From an uncultured Brevundimonas sp. (GTDB lineage: Bacteria; Pseudomonadota; Alphaproteobacteria; Caulobacterales; Caulobacteraceae): a stretch of DNA of 64,000 bases. The position numbers were made by a program, and so were the translations under genes. Location: positions 3,416 to 67,415 of the forward strand of contig NZ_CALMZS010000116.1 of NCBI RefSeq assembly GCF_937870815.1. The letters run 5' to 3'. Of this stretch, positions 10,033 to 17,656 are shown one piece after another (within the stretch, counting starts at the first letter, position 1; every line of letters starts with the position of its first letter). The notes below the pieces were generated by a model, which saw nothing but the letters and a program-made list of their open reading frames with translations, did no database searches and was not told the origin of the DNA.

Positions 10033-11967
10033 ATGAAGCGCCCCGCCCTGAAGCTCTCGCTCTCGCTCCTGCTGCTCGCGGGTTGCGCACCTACGGCGAT
10101 CCTGCCGCCGCAGGCGGTCGAGGCGTCCGCGGGCCGTTCGGCCGCCCTCGATCCGGCCATGGAGGCCCGCATCGCCGGCATCGTCGCTGGCATGACGCTC
10201 GAGCAGAAGGTCGGCCAGATCACCCAGCCGGACGTGCGCAACATCACCCCGGACGAGGTCCGCAGGTACTATATCGGCACGGTGCTGAACGGTGGCGGCG
10301 CCTGGCCTGACAATGACAAGCGCTCCACGGTCGCCGAATGGGCCGCCTGGGCCGATGCCTACGCCGACGCCGCCATGGCCACGGACATGGCCGTGAGAAT
10401 CCCCCTGCTGTGGGGCACCGACGCCGTGCACGGGCACAACAACGTCTCGGGCGCGACGATCTTTCCGCACAACATCGGCCTCGGCGCGGCCAACGATCCG
10501 GCGCTGATCGAGCGGATCGGCCGGGCCACGGCCCGGCAGGTCCGCGCCACCGGCATCACCTGGGCCTTCGCTCCCACGGTCGCCGTGGGTCAGAACCGGC
10601 GCTGGGGCCGCACCTACGAGAGCTGGTCCAGTGATCCGGCGCTGGTGCGGCGCTACGGCGAGGCCATGGTGCGCGGCCTGCAGGGCGGCCTGACCGGCGA
10701 CGCCGACGTGCTGGCCACGGCCAAGCACTATCTGGGCGACGGCGGCACCTTCGACGGCGTCGACCAGGGCCAGACCCGCACGTCCCGCGAGGATCTCCTG
10801 TCGACCCACGGCGCCGGCTATCTCGGCGCCCTCGACGCCGATGTGCAGACGGTGATGATCTCGTACAGCAGCTGGTACGACACGGCATCCGGACAGGACC
10901 ACGGCAAGATGCACGGCAACCGCGACCTGATCGCCGGGGTGCTGAAGGGCGAGCTCGGCTTCGACGGCCTGATCGTGTCCGACTGGAACGGCATTGAACA
11001 GGTCGCGGGCTGCACCAAGGACCACTGCCCACAGGCGGTCAACGCCGGCATCGACGTGTTCATGGTGCCCGAGGACTGGCGCGCCTTCATCGCCAACACC
11101 GTCGCCGATGTGCGCGAGGGACGGGTTCCGGAGTCGCGGATCGACGACGCCGTGACCCGCGTCCTGCGTGTCAAAATGCGTTCCGGTCTGTTCGATCGCC
11201 CGGCCGACGCCAGCGCCCTGACCGGCCGCGCCGACGCGCTGGACGCCAGCGCCCTGGCCCGCGAGGCGGTGCGCAAATCCGTTGTACTGCTCAAGAATGA
11301 CAACGCCGCCCTGCCCCTGCAGCGCGGCCGCAAGGTGCTGGTCGTCGGGGCCAGCGCCGACAGCCTCTCCAACCAGACCGGCGGCTGGTCGCTGACCTGG
11401 CAGGGAACGGAGAACAGCAACGCGGACTTCGCCACGGGCCAGACCCTGCTGGCGGCGCTGCGGGAGGCGCTGGGCGCGGAGAATGTCACCTGGTCCGCCG
11501 ATGGCGCGGGGGTCGACGTGTCGCGGTACGACGCCGTCGTCGCCGTCCTGGGCGAGCCGCCCTATGCCGAGTACAATGGCGACGTCCGCTTTCCGGCGCC
11601 CGTCCAGCACAGCCTGCAGAATCCCGCCGACCTGGCGGTCCTTCGGGCGGTGTCGGGCAAGGGCGTGCCGGTCGTGACGGTGCTCTATTCGGGCCGTCCG
11701 GCCTACGCCAACGACCTGATCAACCTCTCCGACGCCTTTGTGGCCGCCTTCCTGCCGGGCACCGAGGGGCGCGGCCTGGCCGACGTTCTGGTCGACGGCG
11801 CGCATGACTTCAGCGGCCGGCTGTCCTTCGCCTGGCCCGGGTCGGCGTGCAGCACCGGCGAGGGCGACCTCGTCCAGTTCGCCCGAGGTTATGGTCTGAG
11901 TTACGCCCGTCCGGCCCCGGTCGGGCGCCTGCCCTTGCCGCAAACCCCGCAGACCTGCGAAGGCTAG
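10033..11967 (+). CDS. Glycoside hydrolase family 3 exo-beta-glucosidase / glucan glucohydrolase, lipoprotein
   Basis: Lipobox LLLLAGC. GH3 blocks are present: KVGQITQPD, WGTDAVHGHNNV, KHYLGDGGT and GLIVSDWNGI (nucleophile Asp). Confidence 0.9.
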   Translation: MKRPALKLSLSLLLLAGCAPTAILPPQAVEASAGRSAALDPAMEARIAGIVAGMTLEQKVGQITQPDVRNITPDEVRRYYIGTVLNGGGAWPDNDKRSTVAEWAAWADAYADAAMATDMAVRIPLLWGTDAVHGHNNVSGATIFPHNIGLGAANDPALIERIGRATARQVRATGITWAFAPTVAVGQNRRWGRTYESWSSDPALVRRYGEAMVRGLQGGLTGDADVLATAKHYLGDGGTFDGVDQGQTRTSREDLLSTHGAGYLGALDADVQTVMISYSSWYDTASGQDHGKMHGNRDLIAGVLKGELGFDGLIVSDWNGIEQVAGCTKDHCPQAVNAGIDVFMVPEDWRAFIANTVADVREGRVPESRIDDAVTRVLRVKMRSGLFDRPADASALTGRADALDASALAREAVRKSVVLLKNDNAALPLQRGRKVLVVGASADSLSNQTGGWSLTWQGTENSNADFATGQTLLAALREALGAENVTWSADGAGVDVSRYDAVVAVLGEPPYAEYNGDVRFPAPVQHSLQNPADLAVLRAVSGKGVPVVTVLYSGRPAYANDLINLSDAFVAAFLPGTEGRGLADVLVDGAHDFSGRLSFAWPGSACSTGEGDLVQFARGYGLSYARPAPVGRLPLPQTPQTCEG

Positions 11968-11990
11968 GCCACTCAAGCCGGGCGAACGTC

Positions 11991-13496
11991 ATGCAGCATA
12001 TCAGGAAGATTCTGATCGTCGGCGGCGGTACGGCCGGCTGGATGACGGCGGCGCTTTTCTCGAAGCTGTTCAAGGGCCGCTACGAGATCACCCTGATCGA
12101 GTCGGAGGCCATCGGGATCATCGGCGTCGGCGAGGCGACAATTCCGGCGATCAAGAAATACAACGAGCTGCTCGGCCTCGACGAGACCGAGTTCATGCAG
12201 CGGACCAACGGCAGCTTCAAGCTGGGGGTCCAGTTCGTCGACTGGTGGAAGAAGGGGCACAGCTACATCCACGGCTTCGGACTGATCGGGCGCGATCTGG
12301 GATGGCTGCGCTGCCATCAGTACTGGCTGAAGATGCACGGCCTGGGCCGCGCCTCGGACTTCGCCAATTTCTCGATCAACACCGCCGCCGCGCTCGAGAA
12401 CAAATTCATGCGGGCCGACCCGAAGATGGTCGACTCGCCGATCGGTCAGATCGCCCACGCCTTCCAGTTCGACGCCAGCCTCTATGGCCGGTACCTGCGC
12501 GGCCTCGCCGAGGCCAAGGGGGTACGGCGGCGCGAGGGCAAGGTCGCGGACGTCACCCTTCGGCCGGAGGACGGCTTCGTCCGGTCGGTGACCATGGAGG
12601 ACGGCGAGGTCATCGAGGCCGACCTGTTCATCGACTGTTCTGGCTTCCGCGGCCTGATCATCGAACAGGCCATGAAGACCGGTTACGAGGACTGGAGCCG
12701 CTGGCTGATCTGCGACCGGGCTATGGCGGTACCCTGTACGCGGACCGAGCCCTTCACCCCCTATACCCGCGCCACCGCCCGCTCGGCGGGCTGGCAATGG
12801 CGCATACCGCTGCAGCACCGCACCGGCAACGGCCACGTCTACTCAAGCGCGCACATCGACGACGACGAGGCCGAGCGGGTCTTGCTCGCCAACCTCGACG
12901 GCGAGCAGCTCGCCGAGTCGAACCGGCTCCGCTTCCTGCCCGGCAAGCGCAAGCAGGCGTGGAACAGGAACTGCCTGGCCATCGGCCTCGCCGGCGGCTT
13001 CCTCGAACCGATCGAGTCGACCAGCATCCACCTTATCCAGTCGGCCATCATCCGCATGGTCCGCCTGATGCCCGACGCCGGTTTCGACCCGGCCACCATC
13101 GCCGAGTTCAACCGCCAGACTGACTTCGAGTACGAGCGCGTCCGCGACTTCATCATACTTCACTACAAGGCCACAGCGCGGGACGACTCGGCCTTCTGGC
13201 GCTACTGCCGCGACATGGAGGTTCCCGACACCCTCCAGCGGAAGATCGACCTGTTCGCCGTCAACGGCCGCATTTTTCGCGAGGACGAGGAACTGTTCGC
13301 CGAGGAAAGCTGGATTCAGGTCTTCCTCGGCCAGGGCGTCATTCCGCGCGGATATGATCCGCTGGTCGATGTCAGGAGCGAGGCCGAGGTGGCGGCGTTT
13401 TTGGAAAATGTCGAAGGCGTCATCCGCAAATGTGTCGCCGTCATGCCTGGGCACGGCGACTATGTCGCGCGGACCTGCCCGGCCGTGCCGGTCTAA
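11991..13496 (+). CDS. Flavin-dependent tryptophan-halogenase-family protein (TBDR-associated type)
   Basis: MQHIRKILIVGGGTAGWMTA (GxGxxG), GVGEATIP, NGSFKLGVQF (Lys-containing segment) and GWQWRIPL (WxWxIP). The start is taken at 11991, since the upstream 48 codons of the ORF overlap GH3 and are Arg/Pro junk. Confidence 0.85.
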   Translation: MQHIRKILIVGGGTAGWMTAALFSKLFKGRYEITLIESEAIGIIGVGEATIPAIKKYNELLGLDETEFMQRTNGSFKLGVQFVDWWKKGHSYIHGFGLIGRDLGWLRCHQYWLKMHGLGRASDFANFSINTAAALENKFMRADPKMVDSPIGQIAHAFQFDASLYGRYLRGLAEAKGVRRREGKVADVTLRPEDGFVRSVTMEDGEVIEADLFIDCSGFRGLIIEQAMKTGYEDWSRWLICDRAMAVPCTRTEPFTPYTRATARSAGWQWRIPLQHRTGNGHVYSSAHIDDDEAERVLLANLDGEQLAESNRLRFLPGKRKQAWNRNCLAIGLAGGFLEPIESTSIHLIQSAIIRMVRLMPDAGFDPATIAEFNRQTDFEYERVRDFIILHYKATARDDSAFWRYCRDMEVPDTLQRKIDLFAVNGRIFREDEELFAEESWIQVFLGQGVIPRGYDPLVDVRSEAEVAAFLENVEGVIRKCVAVMPGHGDYVARTCPAVPV

Positions 13497-14146
13497 CGGC
13501 CGACCTGTCGTCCTACCGCTCTATGCTCCTCGGGCAGGCCACAGCATATGCGCTCTTGCGCTGCCGGCGATGGCGGGATTCAACAGCCTGTCCGGATGAG
13601 GCGCCGCCGGGCCGGGGCGGTCGTCGCCCAAGGCGTTGGATGGAAGCGGTGCTCTCGCTTCGCAGACACTCAAACTGGATAACCGCAGAGGCCGTAGCGG
13701 CGTTGGATGTAAGCTTCGAAAGGTCTGCTTGCAGGCTGGGAGCCTGAGTCCGGAATTGGCGCTGAAGAGCCCCCCAGAGATGGGGCGGCGGGACGGAGTG
13801 GCGACCTCATGGGAGGTTATCGTGGCAGACAACGCCGCGTGCTATTCTGATTCGCCGATATGATCGAAGTTTACCTCGCGAACCAGACTCGCGACGTTGT
13901 CAATACATCTCGAAAGATGTCGCGATCACGGGTTTTTTATTGCTTAGAGTTTCTTCAATATTTTCAAAAGCGTTACGGCATACTCGGTATGCGGATCGGT
14001 GTGTGAAGCGACCGGCAAAAATAGATTAATAAAACCAACCGCTTATAAAACTTATGGCAATCGAGTGGGAATAGTCCTGGCCTTTCGGGACCATTCGAGA
14101 TCGCTTGCGGATATTCCGATAAGTAACTGATAAAAAGTGAATTCTC

Positions 14147-14191
14147 TCGAGACCCTTTCGGAGCCTTTCGGAGCCTTTCGGAGGGTCTCGA
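14147..14191. repeat. Hairpin whose loop is a 3x tandem 10-nt repeat (CCTTTCGGAG)
   Basis: TCGAGACCCT (14147-14156) is the exact reverse complement of AGGGTCTCGA (14182-14191). The unit CCTTTCGGAG occurs at 14154, 14164 and 14174, and the third copy runs into the stem. Confidence 0.6.
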
Positions 14192-14214
14192 AACCATGAT
14201 GCCGTCACATCTGA

Positions 14215-14493
14215 CGGTATCGCCCTCGTTGCCCATCCCAGTTCGACACCATCGTCGCCATGGTCTCGGGCGGCACGCCCGAGACCGGATTCAGCACCGG
14301 CGCCCATTTCACCATGGCGCGGCGGGGTCTGGTCGATCTCGAGGATTTCCGCATTATCTGGACCGCGGGGCCGATCCCCAATTCACCGGTGGTGGTCGCC
14401 GAAGGCGAGGTTGGTCGTGACGATGACCGTTGCGAAGCGCGCGCGGCCCCCGCGCCAAGCCGGCTGAGATCTCTTGACAGGAGCTCGGCGTGA
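14215..14493 (+). pseudogene. Degenerate 3' relic of a PhnD/phosphonate-type periplasmic binding protein gene (tentative)
   Basis: The open frame reads ...GGTPETGFSTGAHFTMARRGLVDLEDFRIIWTAGPIPNSPVVVAEG. The segment RIIWTAGPIPNSPVVV resembles, from memory, the conserved PhnD-family motif (I/V)RV(I/L)W.S.PIPNDP. There is no N-terminal part and stops lie immediately upstream (14197, 14212). An internal segment expected between the two motifs is missing. Confidence 0.3.
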
Positions 14494-14503
14494 CTACTAA
14501 ATA
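14474..14503 (+). promoter_or_regulatory. Candidate sigma-70-type promoter for the riboswitch-nrdDG transcript
   Basis: TTGACA at 14474-14479, a 17-nt spacer, then CTAAAT (or TAAATA with an 18-nt spacer), directly before the riboswitch. Sequence match only. Confidence 0.3.
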
Positions 14504-14700
14504 TAGGGGTCACGGTCCCTCGAATCGCAAGATAGAGGGCTAAGAGGGAAGCCGGTGCGGCGCAAGCCAAGGCCGGAGCTGCCCCCGCAACTGTAAGCGG
14601 CGAGCCGAAGTCCATCGGATGTCACTGGAGCCGCAAGGTCCTGGGAAGGCTGGACAGAAGCTGCGACCCGCGAGCCAGGAGACCTGCCGCGACAACCGAA
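14500..14700 (+). promoter_or_regulatory. Cobalamin (B12) riboswitch
   Basis: The conserved core is read directly: AGAGGGAAGCCGGTGCGGCGCAAGCC, GCTGCCCCCGCAACTGTAAGCGG, CACTGG...GGGAAGGC and the B12 box GAGCCAGGAGACCTGCC (14672-14688). It is followed by a possible hairpin TCGGCCG-GCC-CGGCCGA plus GCGGTTTG (14741-14765). The ATG at 14814 follows. Confidence 0.8.
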
Positions 14701-14813
14701 ATGTCCCCGGGCGGGGTGTCCCGGCGGTCGTCTGCGGCAATCGGCCGGCCCGGCCGAGCGGTTTGCCTGCATGCGTCTGCCCCGGCCTCGCCCCAACCCA
14801 AACGGGGTGCCCG

Positions 14814-16859
14814 ATGTCCACGTTGTCCGGAATGCTTCGAGACAATCCACCGCAGGCTTCACCGCCTCCGGTGATCGTCAAGCGCAGCGGCGAGACGGTC
14901 GCCTTCGACGTCGGCAAGATCCGCTCTGCGATCGCGCGTGCTGGCCAGGCGACCGGCGAATTCGGCGGTGATGAGATCGACCGGATCGCCAGCCAGGCGA
15001 TCAAGGTCATCGCTCACCGTCTGGCCGGCAGGACGCCGGATATCGAGGCGGTGCAGGACGTCGTCGAGCATGTGCTGATGGCGGCCGACCATTTTGCCAC
15101 CGCGCGCGCTTATATCGTCTATCGCGAGAAGCGCGGACTGGCACGGGCCGACCGCAAGACGGTCGTGGAGGTCGCCGTCTCCATCAACGAGTATCTCGAC
15201 CGCACCGACTGGCGGGTGAACGCCAACGCCAACCAGGGCTATTCCCTGGGCGGCCTCATCCTCAACCTGTCCGGCAAGGTCGTCGCCAACTACTGGCTAT
15301 CGCACATCTATCCGCCGGAGATCGGCCTTGCGCACCGCGAAGGCGACATCCATATCCACGATCTTGACATGCTCGCCGGCTACTGCGCCGGATGGTCGCT
15401 GCGTACGCTGCTGACCGAAGGCCTGAACGGCGTGCCTGGAAAGGTCGAGGCGGGGCCGCCGAAACACCTCACCAGCGCAGTCGGGCAGATCGTCAACTTC
15501 CTCGGCACGCTGCAGAACGAATGGGCCGGTGCGCAGGCCTTCAGCTCATTCGACACCTACATGGCCCCATTCATCCGCAAGGACCGGCTCAGCTACGGCG
15601 AGGTGCGGCAGTCCATCCAGGAGCTCATCTACAACCTCAATGTTCCCTCGCGCTGGGGCACGCAGACGCCGTTCACCAACCTCACGTTCGACTGGACCTG
15701 TCCGGAGGATCTGCGCGACCAGACGCCGGTGATCGGGGGCGAGGAGATGGACTTCACCTACGGCGAGCTCCAGCCGGAAATGGACATGATCAACCGCGCG
15801 TACATCGAGGTGATGACGCGCGGCGACGCCAAGGGCCGGGTCTTCACCTTCCCGATTCCGACCTACAACATCGCCCCGGACTTTCCCTGGGACAGTGAGA
15901 ACGCCGACCGGTTGTTCGAGATGACGGCCCGGTACGGCCTTCCCTACTTCCAGAATTTCATCAATTCCGAGCTGAAGCCGCACATGATCCGCTCCATGTG
16001 CTGCCGGCTGCAGCTCGACCTCACCGAGCTGCTGAAACGCGGCAACGGTCTGTTCGGCAGCGCCGAGCAGACCGGCTCGATCGGAGTCGTCACCCTCAAC
16101 TGCGCGCGCCTCGGCTACCTCCATCGGGGTGACGAGGCGGGCCTCTTCCGCCGCCTAGACGCCCTGCTGGAGATGGGCCGCAACAGCCTGGAGATCAAGC
16201 GCAAGGTGGTGCAGCGCTACATGGACGACGGCCTGTTCCCCTACAGCAAGCGGTACCTCGGCACGTTGCGAAACCACTTCTCGACGCTCGGCGTCAACGG
16301 CGTCAACGAGATGATCCGCAACTTCACCGCTGACTGCGAGGACATCACGACGTCCTGGGGCCACGCCTTCGCGGTGCGGCTGCTCGACCATGTGCGCGAG
16401 CGGATCACAGGGTTCCAGGCGGAGACAGGGGCAATGTTCAATCTTGAGGCGACTCCCGCCGAGGGCGCCACCTACCGCTTCGCCAAGGAAGATCGTAAGC
16501 GCTGGCCCGGCATCCTGCAGGCCGGCTCGAAGGAGAATCCCTACTACACCAACTCGAGCCAGCTTCCGGTGGACTTCACCGACGACCCGTTCGAGGCGCT
16601 GGAACGCCAGGACGAGCTGCAGCGCAAATATACCGGCGGCACGGTGCTGCACCTCTACATGGGCTCGCGCCTGTCCTCGGGCGAGGCGTGCAAGAAGCTC
16701 GTGCGCCGCGCGCTCACCCGCTTCCATCTGCCCTACATTACCGTCACGCCGACATTCTCGATCTGTCCGACGCACGGCTATCTCGAAGGCGAGCACGCCT
16801 TCTGTCCGAAATGCGACGCCGAACGGCTCGCGACCAAGCGGCAGGCTGCCGCGCACTGA
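14814..16859 (+). CDS. nrdD: Anaerobic (class III) ribonucleoside-triphosphate reductase, large polypeptide lacking the glycyl-radical segment
   Basis: N-terminal ATP-cone (VIVKRSGETVAFDVGKIRSAIARAG...ARAYIVYREKR) and a class III RNR core. The C-terminal Zn ribbon is CPTHG-x9-CPKC. The frame stops (TGA 16857-16859) before any RVxGY glycyl-radical motif. The start is taken at 14814, downstream of the riboswitch, because the ORF-track start at 14619 lies inside the riboswitch. Confidence 0.9.
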   Translation: MSTLSGMLRDNPPQASPPPVIVKRSGETVAFDVGKIRSAIARAGQATGEFGGDEIDRIASQAIKVIAHRLAGRTPDIEAVQDVVEHVLMAADHFATARAYIVYREKRGLARADRKTVVEVAVSINEYLDRTDWRVNANANQGYSLGGLILNLSGKVVANYWLSHIYPPEIGLAHREGDIHIHDLDMLAGYCAGWSLRTLLTEGLNGVPGKVEAGPPKHLTSAVGQIVNFLGTLQNEWAGAQAFSSFDTYMAPFIRKDRLSYGEVRQSIQELIYNLNVPSRWGTQTPFTNLTFDWTCPEDLRDQTPVIGGEEMDFTYGELQPEMDMINRAYIEVMTRGDAKGRVFTFPIPTYNIAPDFPWDSENADRLFEMTARYGLPYFQNFINSELKPHMIRSMCCRLQLDLTELLKRGNGLFGSAEQTGSIGVVTLNCARLGYLHRGDEAGLFRRLDALLEMGRNSLEIKRKVVQRYMDDGLFPYSKRYLGTLRNHFSTLGVNGVNEMIRNFTADCEDITTSWGHAFAVRLLDHVRERITGFQAETGAMFNLEATPAEGATYRFAKEDRKRWPGILQAGSKENPYYTNSSQLPVDFTDDPFEALERQDELQRKYTGGTVLHLYMGSRLSSGEACKKLVRRALTRFHLPYITVTPTFSICPTHGYLEGEHAFCPKCDAERLATKRQAAAH

Positions 16860-16872
16860 AGAGGAGGCTCAC

Positions 16873-17049
16873 ATGACCGAACACATCGCCACCGACGAGA
16901 TCACGCTCCGCGACGACGAGCGCCAGCCCTGCGAGGTCTGGACGCGCGTGATGGGCTATCATCGGCCGGTGTCCTCCTTCAATCTCGGCAAGAAGGGCGA
17001 GCACAATGAACGACGGTTCTTCAGTGAAGCGCGCGCCGCGCTCAGCTGA
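16873..17049 (+). CDS. 58-aa stand-alone NrdD C-terminal glycyl-radical domain
   Basis: Strong SD GAGGAGG (16861-16867), then the ATG at 16873. The product is MTEHIATDEITLRDDERQPCEVWTRVMGYHRPVSSFNLGKKGEHNERRFF. It matches the NrdD C-terminal glycyl-radical signature (RV.GY.RPV..(W/F)N.GK..E...R). It is hidden in the track inside a longer out-of-frame ORF (16390..17049). Confidence 0.7.
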   Translation: MTEHIATDEITLRDDERQPCEVWTRVMGYHRPVSSFNLGKKGEHNERRFFSEARAALS

Positions 17050-17656
17050 GCTGCGTGTCGGCGGGCTGGCGCGGCTGTCCACTTGCGACTGGCCGGGCGA
17101 GCTGGTGGCCACGGTGTTCTGCCAGGGTTGCCCGTGGTCGTGCGGCTATTGCCATAACCCGGACCTGATCCCGCCGGACGCCGAGCGGCGGATCGGGTGG
17201 CCCGATGTCCTGTCCTTCCTCGACAGCCGCCGGGGCCTGCTCGACGGCGTCGTGTTCTCGGGCGGCGAACCGACCTTGCAGGCGGCGCTGCCGGAGGCGA
17301 TGCGCGCGGTGCGTGCGCTCGGCTTCCGCGTCGGGCTGCATACCGCTGGGCCGTATCCCGCGCGGCTCGCTGAGGTGCTGACGCTGGTCGATTGGATCGG
17401 CTTCGACGTCAAGGCCGCATTCGACGACTACGAGCGCATCACCAGTGTCGCCGGCAGCGGCGCCAAGGCCAGGGCGGGCCTCGTGCAGGTTCTTGCAAGC
17501 GGCGTCGCCTGCGATATCCGCACGACGGTTCATGACGTCTTGCTCGACCGCGCCGCCCTGGCCCGGCTGGCGTCGGACCTCGCCGCGCTCGGCGTCCGCG
17601 ACCATCGCCTCCAGCCGTTCCGCGAGGTCGGGCGCGCAATGGCCGCAGAGCCATAA
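17006..17656 (+). CDS. nrdG: Anaerobic RNR activating enzyme (radical SAM)
   Basis: LSTCDWPGELVATVFCQGCPWSCGYCHNPDL carries the CxxxCxxC cluster, followed by VVFSGGEPTLQ. The start is uncertain (ATG 17006 or GTG 17024). Either one overlaps the 58-aa ORF. Confidence 0.85.
   Translation: MNDGSSVKRAPRSAELRVGGLARLSTCDWPGELVATVFCQGCPWSCGYCHNPDLIPPDAERRIGWPDVLSFLDSRRGLLDGVVFSGGEPTLQAALPEAMRAVRALGFRVGLHTAGPYPARLAEVLTLVDWIGFDVKAAFDDYERITSVAGSGAKARAGLVQVLASGVACDIRTTVHDVLLDRAALARLASDLAALGVRDHRLQPFREVGRAMAAEP

Noticed and set aside
8427-11976. Minus-strand ORFs of 606 aa (8427..10247) and 686 aa (9916..11976)
   Set aside because: They are antisense to the TBDR and GH3 genes. The translations are low in complexity and they run across an intergenic gap.
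11991-13496. Halogenase as a marker of a secondary-metabolite gene cluster
   Set aside because: There are no NRPS/PKS, tailoring, resistance or export genes nearby. The context is a carbohydrate-uptake locus.
14147-14191. Possible CRISPR array or other repeat locus
   Set aside because: There are only three contiguous 10-nt units with no spacers, and no cas genes in the window. This is not a CRISPR array.
13860-14310. Small ORFs in the AT-rich island (13973..14236 and 14026..14307 minus, 14196..14420 plus)
   Set aside because: They have no codon bias typical of this genome, no SD and no recognisable family. They overlap each other and the tandem-repeat hairpin. I treated them as non-coding.
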